Origin: Catajapyx aquilonaris
Lineage: Eukaryota
Reading direction: 5' to 3'
DNA: 36,370 nucleotides
Assembly: GCA_000934665.2 (NCBI GenBank)
Contig: KZ539594.1
Location: 1-36,370 of the forward strand
Made by a program: the position numbers and the translations under genes. Positions 11,059 to 23,000 of this stretch are shown in pieces; position 1 is the first letter of the stretch, and each line of letters opens with the position of its first letter. Below the pieces are notes generated by a model, which saw only the letters and a list, made by a program, of their open reading frames with translations, made no database searches and had not been told where the DNA came from.

Positions 11059-14000
11059 AAATTTCACATTTTTGACATTTATAATTAAAGCTTCAAATTT
11101 TGCACCGCAAAAATTTAATAATTAAATAAAAAGTGATGTGAATTACAAAATTGCACCATTTAAGACCCAAGATTTTGAAACACTTTTTTTTTTAAAAAAA
11201 GTTATTATTTTAAAGGCTTAAAAATGCAATTTTGGGGGCCTGAAAGATCCAAACTTCAAATATGGACAGTTTAAAAGATAATTTTTAATTGGTCAATGTT
11301 CAAATTTAGCACCGCTTAATACCCCGACTTTTAAGCACACTTTTAATAATTATGATTAATGACACAATTTTAAACGGTTAAAATGCATCGTTTGGGCATG
11401 TGTCGACTATAGGCTGTATAGAGACGAATTTCAAATTTGGACATATTTAAAAATTACAATTAAATACCAGTGCAGTGGATGCAAAATTTGCACCTCTTAA
11501 AACCCGGACGTTTAGATAAGATATGTAAAAAATTCGGATTAAATACAATTAACTTTGAAGAGTTAAAATGCAACTTTTTGGGGCAACTAAAAAGACGAAC
11601 TTCAAATTTGGATATGTATTTCTTATAAAAATTAATAATTAAATAACAAAAACTGTGGTGGGTTCCAATTTTGCATCTCTTAAAATCCGGACTTTTAAAC
11701 ACATTGTAAAAAAATTCTGATTAATGACAAACAATTTTAAAGTGTTAAAAACACAACTTTTTTCGGTCGTCGGCATGGGAAAAGGATCACTTCCAAAATT
11801 TGCCGACCCGGTTGCCTACTTTCGCTTCAAATGATCGCTCGTGTTATTTTTTTGAATCCCAGACGACACCTACAGTCAGAGGTTGACACAGCAGTGACCC
11901 ATCCTGGGTCGCGTGCGCTACCAAAGCAAGCGGAACGTTGTGAAAAGGCGGCATTATCCCCTTCCAGAAAATGTTATTTTTGGAAGCCCCTCGGCGTTTA
12001 CGAATTCATTATCGCCAGCTCCCGGTGACGTGAATAAACTTCCCTTTGGGCCCCCACACACCACTGATTGCCACAATCTTGCGAAAAAATAGTGGATGGG
12101 GCAGATGGCAGCACTGGTTGTGGGACATCTAGCGAGTACAAAAAGAGCTGAAATTGAACCTAGCCGCAGCATCCTCTGCCTCATAAACCATGCAAAACGG
12201 TGGTGGGATCCGGGACAGATGGTGCTTATCTATTATGGACGAGATGGACAGGGTTCGATTCCCGGACGTGCTGAGCCTAAGGTGGTGATTCCTTGGCCAG
12301 CATACGGAAAAGCAGATGGTACATCATGCTCACACCTGGCGGACACGTCACCAAAAGGAAATGGGTATCAAATGAAGACTAATTAAATTTAAGCTCAGTT
12401 GTAATTAGGGACGTGATTGAATCACACACTGACTCTCCAGGTGTTGGCTATTTATACCTAAAACGTGCGCCTATTTATAAAACGACTGTACAGGTTCGAT
12501 TCAATTATTCAACATGACAGACCGCTAACTGGTGTCCACATCACTTAGCTATTAAAGGTGCACGTGCAAACTCAACAATGTGGAAAAGTGACCAATTTTA
12601 GGCTCATCTGGTGCCAGAAAATCACATCAATTTGCATCCTCTGCACCTGCCACTATATTCGCACAACAACCATTAAAACTGACCATAATGAGCACGAAAT
12701 TGGTACCAGAATCAGACAATTGTTGCTCTGTGACTTAGATCCATTCTTGACCCAACCAAACTTGTAACAAGCCTCACACTAGCTCAACAATAGGCATGAA
12801 AATACCATCCCGTGATGGAAACTACGCGTACAACGGACATCGGCCTCTCTCTGTATATAAAACTCATTTCTGAATAAAAGCCCGGTTCTATCAGCCTACA
12901 TTCAACACCCTGACTTAACACCAATCTTCAACAAACCAACATGTGGCCCAGCTCAACAATAGGCATGAAAATACTACCCATGTGCTCGAAAGTATAACGG
13001 AAATCCGCATCTCTCTGTATATAAAACCAATTTCTGAATTAAGGCCCGGTTCTATCAGCCTAAATTCAACTCCCTGACGTAACACCAATCTTCAACAATC
13101 CCCACGAATCAAAATTGGACCAACATGTGAGCCAGCTCAACAATAGGCATGAAAATACCACCCTTGTGCTCGAAAGCATAACGGAAATCGGCATCTCTCT
13201 GTATATAAAACTAATTTCGGAATTAAGGCCCGGTTCTATCAGCCTAAATTCAACTCCCTGACTTAACACCAATCTTCAACAAACCAACATGTGGTCCAGA
13301 TCAACAATAGGCATGAAAATACTACCCTTGTGGTCGAAAGTATAACGGAAATCCGCATCTCTCTATATAAAACTAATTTCTGAATTAAGGCCCGGTTCTA
13401 TCAGCCAAAATTCAACTCCCTGACTTAACCCCAATCTTCACCAACCTCCACGAAACAAAATTGGACCAACATGTGCAGGAATCCAAACAATATTTACTCC
13501 CATAATCCCTGTTGGCGTGTCATGTCCTGGCGCCCAGTCCCTGCGTGGACCCCGTAGGTTTTCCNCTGTGGAAATGGCTGCCACTACTGTTGGATTCCCC
13601 CTCTCCTCTACCACCCTACCCATCTGGCAGAGAGGCACAAGCCCAGAGAAGAGATCGATAGCCACGGATCGCCGACCCCACCCATGCAATCTCTCCACTC
13701 ACCCATTTCCTCAACGCTGGCTGCCACCGAGCTCTAAAACTCTTCGATCCAGAGAGAGCAAGACGTACAGGAGTGGAGGAAAAGACAAACCCCCTTGATC
13801 CGCCATTTTGAAAACGAGGAAGGCTATACAGTCAAATGAACCCTTCCACATCCCCCGCCAAAAAAAAGAATTGTTTTGTTGATTACAGATAACATGAGTG
13901 TCTTTGTTGAATAAACAAGGGGACAAACTGCATGTCTTTGTTGCCATAACACGACTGTCTGATGGTGATGCCCCCTAGAGAGGACAGTGGTTGATGGCCA

Positions 14001-17000
14001 AAAAGGACAAATATTGCTTTTAACTAGTGCACGTATGTGTGCCATATCCAACAATCAACAATTGTTGCAACTTACCACAGTTAAACCAAAATATTTTGTA
14101 AAAATAAAAAAAGGGGTTTCAGACTCAGCTTATAACAAATGGAAGTAGTGTCCGGGTGCAGATTATCCGTGAATGGCTAAAACAATGTCCCAAAAATTTC
14201 TCTCGCAAACAAATAAATACAGGGTGTTCCAGGTTCATTGGTCACTTTTTATAACTGATATCGCCCGATAGCAGTTACTTTTTTAGTAGTTTGTTGTGCC
14301 CCTAACCATGTGCTCCATTCTATAAAGCACCTGCTATATTCGACTCCCAGTGAGTCGAATATTATTTTAGCAGTTGATATACAGGGTGTTCCAAGTATCC
14401 GGGTCACTTTTTGATAACTGATATCTCCCGATAGCAGTTACCTTTTGTAGTTTGTTGCATATTATCAAATTTAAACCGATTTTTTTAAAAAAATGTGGAA
14501 TCACGCTCAGCTTAACACTAATGAAAGTGCAGATCAATTTTTCAAGCTACTTATCGCCAGTTGTTCGGAATGGGTGGCATTTTAATCAAAATTAACTTCA
14601 TAGTTCGTAAACTTTTTTTTTATTTAGAAAAATGACGTCAGGGTTACAAAATAGGGTCATCCTTGGTTCGAGGGAGTTTGGACCGGCTTCCTTTCTTCTT
14701 CTACTCGACAAGCCGCTTCCTTTTTCTGCCCCCTTCTACCCCCCCCCCCCCCCCACCTNNNNNNNNNNNNNNNNNNNNNNNNNNNNCCCCTCTCCTATCT
14801 TTTGTTATCTCTTCAGAGTCAATATTGCCTCAATCGGGGCGGCGAGTAGAAAGAATAGACCAGAAAAAATAGAGAGAGAGAGAGAGAGAGAGAAAAGGAC
14901 CAAGAGGAGAGGTCATTTTTGGAGTATGTTTGGATGGACCCAGCTTTTACATACGCACCTGACTTGACATAAGGACACAGGAGATGGGGAAAGGGAAACA
15001 ATACCGGAAACTGGCTATCGTGAGTTATAGCGGTTTAAGATAGGCCAATCTACGTAGAACATCCGGACAATAGAACTTTTTAATTAGTAACAATATTATT
15101 TATTTACTATGCCGTTTATAAAAGGAGCACTTCCAAGATCACAATTTTGGGCCGAATAAATTGTTCCTTATTATTAATATAAATTATTAAATAATGTATG
15201 TTATTAATGCAAATTATATAAATATCTGTTGTTAATGCAAATTATATAAACATCTGTTGTTAATATAAATTATGAAATATCTATTAACATAAATTATGAA
15301 ATATCTATTAACATAAATTATGAAATATCTATTAACATAAATTATAACATATAAATTAAATTAAATAACATATAAATCAATCAATCAATCAAATAATACA
15401 AATATATATTATAAATGGGCGATGCGGTGGCGGAGTGGTTATAGCGCCCCAGCCTTCCACCTCTAAGGTCCCGAGTTCGATCCCCGGGTCGGACAGTGGA
15501 TACTTATGTGGATAGAGTTTCGATGGGTTCTCTCCGTATTCGCGTGGGTTTTCTCGGGGTTCTCCCGTTTCATCCCACAATCAAAATCCATCACAGCACA
15601 GGCAATGATTAAAGACGGTTGACGAAAAGAGGCCCAAGGAGGCCTATCCATTAATAATATCTATTATAAAAGCAAAGTTCGGTTGTTTGTTTGTTTGCTT
15701 GTTTGTTTGTCCGAGTTTGATTATCAGGTTATCGTTACATGAATTCTATATATCAGGTATACACTCAATACTATTTTACCAATAAATGCCATGATATTCA
15801 AACTTGGACAAACACGCAAACAAACAAAATTTGCCTTTTATAGTCTCTTAGAACTAAGAGGAACAATTCGCCTAAAATTGTGGCGGTTAATGATCCTGGA
15901 AGTGATCCTTTTACAAATAGCCGTATAACCTGGGCTTATTATTTGGCTAAATGGTTTTAACTGTTTAGGTCATTTTATAGTATGAACGACACGAGCTAGT
16001 TGCATGTAACCTATATTAATAAAGACGATAACTCACTCGCAGTTTCCTTCCTTCAATTCTGCGAAAATCTCTTCCTCCCGAATTCCTCCTAAGCACAGCA
16101 CAGGTCACTCCTGACTCCTTTAACCTTTCCTCAAAAAATAGCTGATCCCGCGAAGCACTATTTTTCCTTAATAGTTATCGGGTCCGGAAACCGCAATCGT
16201 TTTGATTATCCGCCACTTCCAGATGGCACCACAGTTGACAAGTCCTCTGAATCATTTATCGCTGCCTTATTATATCACCAAAACCGCTCCGTCGCGTCGG
16301 TTTCGAATAGAGCAAACAATAGGCGCGAACATGTCGGAAGTTGATGGAAGACGGTACATATACAGTACAAAAAAAATTGTGACAGTAGATATATCTTAAA
16401 GAGCGACGTTACGACGCTTACGATGACAGCGACGGAAAATGAGACGGCACGCGACTTGCTGAGTAATTGCTTTCAGAAATAGCCGTTGACCTTTGTATAA
16501 ATAATATCGGTACTATCGTGTAATATGAACATTGCGACAACAACATGCAAACATTGTCCCCACCCATGGTCCCATCTCATTTGGACGGATACTTACTCTT
16601 ACCTGAATTACAGCCTTCGCTACTGTTGCTGAGTCCGTTGGAAGTGTTGTTGTTGTTGGTCGTGTTGCTGTTGTTGTTGTTCTCTCCGTTGGATGCCTTT
16701 TCCAACACCTCGTGGTCTTCCTTGCAGAACAGACCGTCTTCTCTAAGAGCGAACTCGTCTCCTGGGATCAGCTGTCGCTCGCAAGCCACGCAACGGAAGC
16801 AGTCGATGTGGTAGATTTTGGTCTTGGCTCGCATTACGAAGTCGTTCTTGCTGAACCCGGTATTGCACTTGTCGCACTTGGTGCCGAATAACCTGTCGGA
16901 AACACAAAAAAGACTGGATACAATGTGGCTGTTGTTTACACGACCGACAGTTACTTAAAAAGAATTTATGCAAAGATTTGTGGTCATACGACCGTCTTTT

Positions 17001-20000
17001 GGTCGTTGGTCGTTCCGGTCGTTACTTAGACACCTGTGGGCTTAAAAGAATTTACGTGACCCATTCAACGCTTAGTAGAAATGTGTTTATGTACTTGAGT
17101 GTCGGGTGTCCCAAATATGGCGTCGCTTCACCCCCAGCGCCTCTAGCGGGACGCCACCTGAACTATCCAAACACGTGGTTTTTTTCAACTCAACCGAAAC
17201 CCTATACTTCATCCTCCTATAATTTTAGGGGGGGGGCTTCCCCATCACCATTTTGGCTTCCCAAGTTTGCATGGAAGCCGCCCGTGTTTATTTAACAATC
17301 CCGCTGTTTGTTGAGATAGCAAAGTCAAACAATAATGGACCACAGATTGACTGCGGGGGTAGAGGGGGGGGGGTAAATAGTGTTGTCGCCTGATGACCGC
17401 CGGTTGTGTGGGTCCTTTGCCTCATCAATTATCGACAAGTAGGGTAAAGTCAATAGGGGGGGGGGGGNNNNNNNNNNNNNNNNNNNNNNNNNNNNNNNNN
17501 NNNNNNNNNNNNNNNNNNNNNNNNNNNNNNNNNNNGGGGGGGGGGGTACGCTACTATTTTTTTTGATGAGAGTGCAATTATACCTGGACATTGATTGCAA
17601 AAAAAATTTTTTGATTGGCTGACCACAATTTGCATTCATTAAAATACAGCGTAATGAGTGATGTTATTTCGCTTTAAATTTGTTTGTCCAACAATTTTCC
17701 GGCATTGAATAAATCAGTACGCCATTTGAATATTGCTCGGTAACTGTGTATTGCCAGTTTTAGTGATGCAATTAAAGGTAGCAATGTATGTGTGCGAAAT
17801 GTTGGGCCTAAAAATTAACCTACTTATTATTACGTGTAAACGAAAGCACTGTTGCGACCACCCGCGTATTAGTTACTTTTAGTCGCATTTACATTTTTAA
17901 CGTACAGCTTTATCCTTATTTAGCTACAATTACTTGCAGGTACATTAGTTACGCTAGAAAATATTAACTGCGAATATTAGTATGAATGAAAGCAATAGAG
18001 TGTAATAGTTATACAGGAAAATATTAACTGCTTAACTTGTGTATTAGTTACTTACGAAAATATTAGTTGCTAATTGTTATTTTTGAATGAGAGCACATTC
18101 TAGGTAGATTCCAAGCATTATTGGCAAAATGTGTACAAACATATTGCATTGTACAGTACATGTGACTCATGACCACACAAATTTTTACCCGGTAAAAAAA
18201 TCCCCGCTTAACCAGGAAGATCCTAAAGGTCAAATGGTTACAGCTATTTTTTCTCTCTTCACTATTCATATAGAGATAGAGCTTTTTATTTTCCTCTATT
18301 ACCTGACATAGTCCCTTTTGCAGTAGGTCTTCCCATCCCTGACAAAACAGGTGCAGGTCTCGTCCAGGAACTGTTGGCATTCTGCACACTTGAGACAAGC
18401 AGCGTGCCACTCCAGGTCAGGGGCCACCCGAAGAATATACTGGTCATGGATCTGTGACCCACAACCTACGCACATACTCTGCCTCCGCTTTTCTGCGAAA
18501 AAAAAAATGGCACAAAATGAACAACATTTTTAGGCATAACATGTACAGTATAGTATACTACATATTGTTGACGTTAGAAGGACAATGACCTCTGTAAAGT
18601 GCGGTACGTTCATATTTCATGACTCGCTTCCATATACTATGCTGAAGGAATACATTACAATTACAGCAGAGTTGCTCATTATATATTTAAAAAGGTTGTC
18701 AACACACATGCGGTGTACTATCGTAGAAAGTTGCGAAATATTTGCAACAATTTAAAAGAAATACGCTCATTAATTTTCAATTGAAATTTTACGCTCACAA
18801 TTGAGTTGAAATCTCTCACAATTTCAGATAAAAAAATTTCCTCACATTTTTCAGTTGAACTCGCTCACATTTGAGTTAAAAATCACTCACATGTTTTAGA
18901 TGAAATTCACATTTTGAGTATAGAAATTTACGTCGCGCTTTCAGTTGAAATCTTGCTTAATTTTTTAGTTGAAATTTCTCACCATTTATAGATGACATTT
19001 CCTCACATTTTCAAGTTGAAATTTACGCTCACAATTGAGTTGAAATTTACGCTCACAATTGAGTTGAAATTTACGCTCACAATTGAGTTGAAATTTACGC
19101 TCACAATTGAGTTGAAATTTACGCTCACAATTGAGTGGAAATTCTCGTCACACTTTCAGTTGAACTCACTCATAATTCACATTAATTAGATGAAATTTTC
19201 TCACATTTTGAGTTATTTTAATTGAAATTTTATCTCACATTATCCGTTGCTCACACTTTCAGATTTGCTCAAAAATAATTAGATTGTCGTTGAAGAGTTG
19301 TCCCAACAATTAAATTTCTTCCCGGACAAAAATTTCTCACACAACAAATATATTCACCACATACAAACTTTCACATCCCTCAGTCCCCATTGTCGGTCAC
19401 GTCCAACAAAAAGGGTGTTACGAGGAAGTCCTACCAGTAGGACCTAACAGCCTTGCGACTTCCTATAAAACCAAAGGTGCGAACTCCATTGCCCATGCCC
19501 ACCTTTACAATCAAAAAAATTCTAAATCATGGCCGGCCTGACAGCACCAACCCACTGCTATAAAACCATACATCAAACTAGGTTTCAACTTACGTTTTTT
19601 TTTCTTTCTCACACACTATTCTATCTCCAACCTGAATAGCTTAATTGCAGCACTAAAGAATCGAGTAAGGAAAAAAAAAAGGCAGTGGAAGGTGATTACA
19701 ATGTAGCCTATCATAAGCACAGGCGGCCATTTTTATGGGTCGGATCGCTAAAGGGTTTTTGTTTGAAATTTTTTTTTTAGTTTTGAAGTTTTTATGTTCA
19801 TCGATCACGTCCGGACTCGTAATGCTGATGAGTGCGCTCCGGTTACGACAAGGGGCCATTTTTATTGGGGAGCAGGTGCTTTTTTGAGTGTTTTTTTTCG
19901 AACTCAAAGCTTCAACGGATGAGTTACGTCTTTATCAACATCCGTCGTTGCTCGGGTGTGTATTGTTTCGGTTCGATGTACGGTACGAAAAAATTGTTGG

Positions 20001-23000
20001 GAGTTCGAATTTGAATGGGGGGTAGATGCAACAATGCGCGTCGTTTTGACGAAATGAGGAATTTCCGGGCAGATTTATTGAGTTAAAATGGGCCGGAAAT
20101 ATTTCGGGTCTTTTTAGACTCGAATTTACATGAAATTGAATTATTACATGAAATTACATGAATATATATGTAATTTTGGCGAAATTGCGGATGAATTTCC
20201 GAAGATTTGAGTTCATTAAAATAATTGGGCCGGAATTGTTTCGAGTTTTATACGCTCAAATTGAGTTATTTTGCAAGAAAATAGCTGTTATTTTGGCGAA
20301 AAATTGGGTCGGAAATATTTTGAGTTTTTGGCTGAAATTGGGTTAATTTTACATGAAAATAGCTGTTATTTTGGCGACATGTTGGATGAATTTGAGTAGA
20401 TTTGAATTAAAATTGGGTCGGAAATATTTTTGAGTTTTTGGCTGAAATTGAGTGATTTTTTTAATGTCATTTTGGCGAAATGACGGATGAATTTCCGAAG
20501 ATTTGAGTTTATTAAAATGGAGCCGGAATTGTTTCGAGTTTTATACGCTCAAATTGAGTTATTTTACAAGAAAATAGTTGTTATTTTGGCGAAAAATTGG
20601 GTCGGAAATATTTTGAGTTTTTGGGGCTGAAATTGAGCTAATTTTACATGAAAATATAATATATTTTCATGTAAAATTAACTCAATTTCGCCAAAATGAC
20701 TTATTATGTCATTTTGGCGAAATTACGGATGAATTTCCGAAGGTTTGAGTTTATTAAAATTGAGCCGAGTTTTATACGCTCAAATTGAGCTATTTTACAC
20801 GAAAATAGCTGTTATTTTGGCGACATGTTGGATGAGTTTGAGTAGATTTGAATTAAAATTGGGTCGGAAATATTTTTGAGTTTTTGGCTGAAATTGAGTG
20901 ATTTTTACTGTCACTTTGACGAAATGACAGATGAATTTCAGAAGATTTGAGTTTATTAAAATTAGGCCGGAATTGTTTCGAGTTTTATACGCTCAAATTG
21001 AGTAATTTTTACACGAAAATAGCTGTTATTTTGGCGAAATGTTGGATGAATTTACGGTAATTTGAATTAAAATTGGGTCGGAAATATTTTGAGTTTTTTG
21101 GCTGAAATTGAGTGATTTTTTTACTGTCATTTTGGCGAAATCGCGGATGAATTTCCGAAGGTTTGAGTTTAAAATTGTTGCGAGTTATCGGCTCAAATTG
21201 AATGGTTTTTTTCAAGCAAATACATAGCATTTTGGCGAAATTACAGATTAACTTCCATATACATTTGAGTTAAAATGGGTTCCGAATTGTTTCGAGTTTG
21301 TGTTCAAATTGAGCGATTATTACGTACAAGAAAATGGTCGTTATTTTGGCGCAATGTTGGATGAATTTGCGCATATTTGAATTACAATTGGGTCGGAAAT
21401 ATTTTGCGTTTTTGACTCAAATTGAGTGATTATTACACGAAAATAGCGGTTATTTTGGCCGGCGAAATGACGGATGAATTTGAGTAGATTTGAATGCAAA
21501 TGGGGCCGGAATTGTTTCCAATTTTGATCTCAAATTGAGTTATTTTTATTAGATATTTCAGTCAAGCTCAGTGAAAATTCTTTCGCGAAATTTTCACCCG
21601 AATTTATAATTGCCCAAAGTGCTCTAGTAAAGCGGATGATTGGTGTTAATTAAACATTAGACTAATATTACTCATATTACTAACATTAAAATTACTTAAT
21701 ATCACTTATCACTTATGACCAATTCAAATTCAGTCACAAATTTCAATTCAAATTCAGTCAAAAATTTCAGTTCAAATTCAGTAACGAATATCTTAACACC
21801 AGTTGCGACACGTGAAAATAAAATCACGCTTCTAAAGTGAGTTGAGCAAAAGAAGTTTATGTCTGAACAGACATTTTCTTTTACAAACTTTCAAAAAAAA
21901 AAAATTCAAAAAATGCCTTACACGAGCGTATATAAAAATTCACTACGACAACCCCAAGAATTTTGATACGAGAACGGAAAAGACTGCGTGAAAGAAGAAA
22001 GAACGGAAAAAGCCTTTTAAAAAAAGCGGGGGTGGGGGGTATATAGGGTGTTTCCAAACACACAAAAAAAAGTGGAATAAAGTGGGAAGTTTATAGCGAG
22101 GCTCACGTAGGACCTAAGGAGGGATAGAAAATTTTCGCCGTGATCGTGAGTCGATTCCAGAAACCCGGAATCCCTTTGACAGAGAGAAAAAAAAAGGTTT
22201 CGGCTCGCACCTTGAAGTTTCGAACTTGTTTTACTTTTTTTTGGGAACGTCCAGTCGGTCCTCTTAAAAGATCTTCCGACCCGCATAGATCAATCACCTA
22301 ATCAAACCTCCTATTTCAGGGCTTGTAAGCCAGCCATTTAATTTGTTGTTCAACACCCCAACCATTTCCTAAGGCTCGTTCTAATATTTCATTCATAAAC
22401 CATCGCCACACTTTGAGCTTATGTGAATTTTGGGTGTCTATAGCTCGGGTAATGTACTACCGTGGTATAGTTAACATGCAAAGCCTGGACTGTCCATGAG
22501 CTGTACCAGCAGGGATAAGGTGAGAGGAAACACACTAATTTGTATGCATGACTTGAATTTGTAATTGTGGACACTGACACAAAGTCTCATAAAGTGCAAA
22601 AGTATGCCAAAAATATTTTTTGCAGCGAATTCGGCTCAAAATTTGGGCTTAAATTGCAAAAATTTACAAACCCAGAATTTGTCGCTAACAGATGGCGACA
22701 CGTCGACTGTCTATCGCTCAGTGTCGCCATCTACCGTACGATTAATTTAAATGTATCGGATTTTGTGGAGTCCTCTACACTATTTAAAAACAAATAAGTG
22801 AAAAAGTATGCCAAATGTATTTAATAACGAATATGGCCTAAAATTTGAGATTAAATTGAAGAAATAAGACCAAATCATAATTTCGATTGTCGATCGTTCA
22901 GTGTCGCCATCTATCGTCCGCTATAAAAAATTTATATTGAATTCGACCTGAAATTTGGCATTTTGCAAAAAAAAAAAAACAGATGGCGACACTTCGACTG

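Larger units (their letters stand above)
10540..11770. repeat. Degenerate ~170-190 bp tandem repeat (CAAATTTGCACC...TTAAAATGCAACTTTTTGGG...ACGAACTTCAAATT)
   Basis: About 6 diverged copies, interrupted by a palindromic insertion and a GA microsatellite. Confidence 0.7.

Noticed and set aside
13522..13540. TGGCGCCC as an LTR primer-binding site
   Set aside because: The match to a tRNA 3' end stops after 8 nt, and there is no adjacent LTR or gag ORF.
15417..15495. tRNA gene
   Set aside because: A and B boxes are present, but there is no convincing acceptor or anticodon stem and the sequence runs straight into a SINE core.
19018..19138. CGCTCACAATT repeats matching a lac operator half-site (vector contamination) and the repetitive ORF 18992-19189
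   Set aside because: Only 11 bp match, embedded in a native 24-bp minisatellite with degenerate flanks. No other vector sequence is present.
19594..19631. 38-nt exon-like segment on the minus strand (cag|...|gtaagt)
   Set aside because: It contains an in-frame TAG relative to exon 2 and has a weak acceptor. It could only be non-coding or a poison exon, and nothing supports that.
22017..22297. Minus-strand ORFs with a TAC|GTGAGC donor as an alternative first exon
   Set aside because: The open frames end in phase 0 or 2, incompatible with the phase-1 acceptor of exon 2. The compatible frame has a stop.
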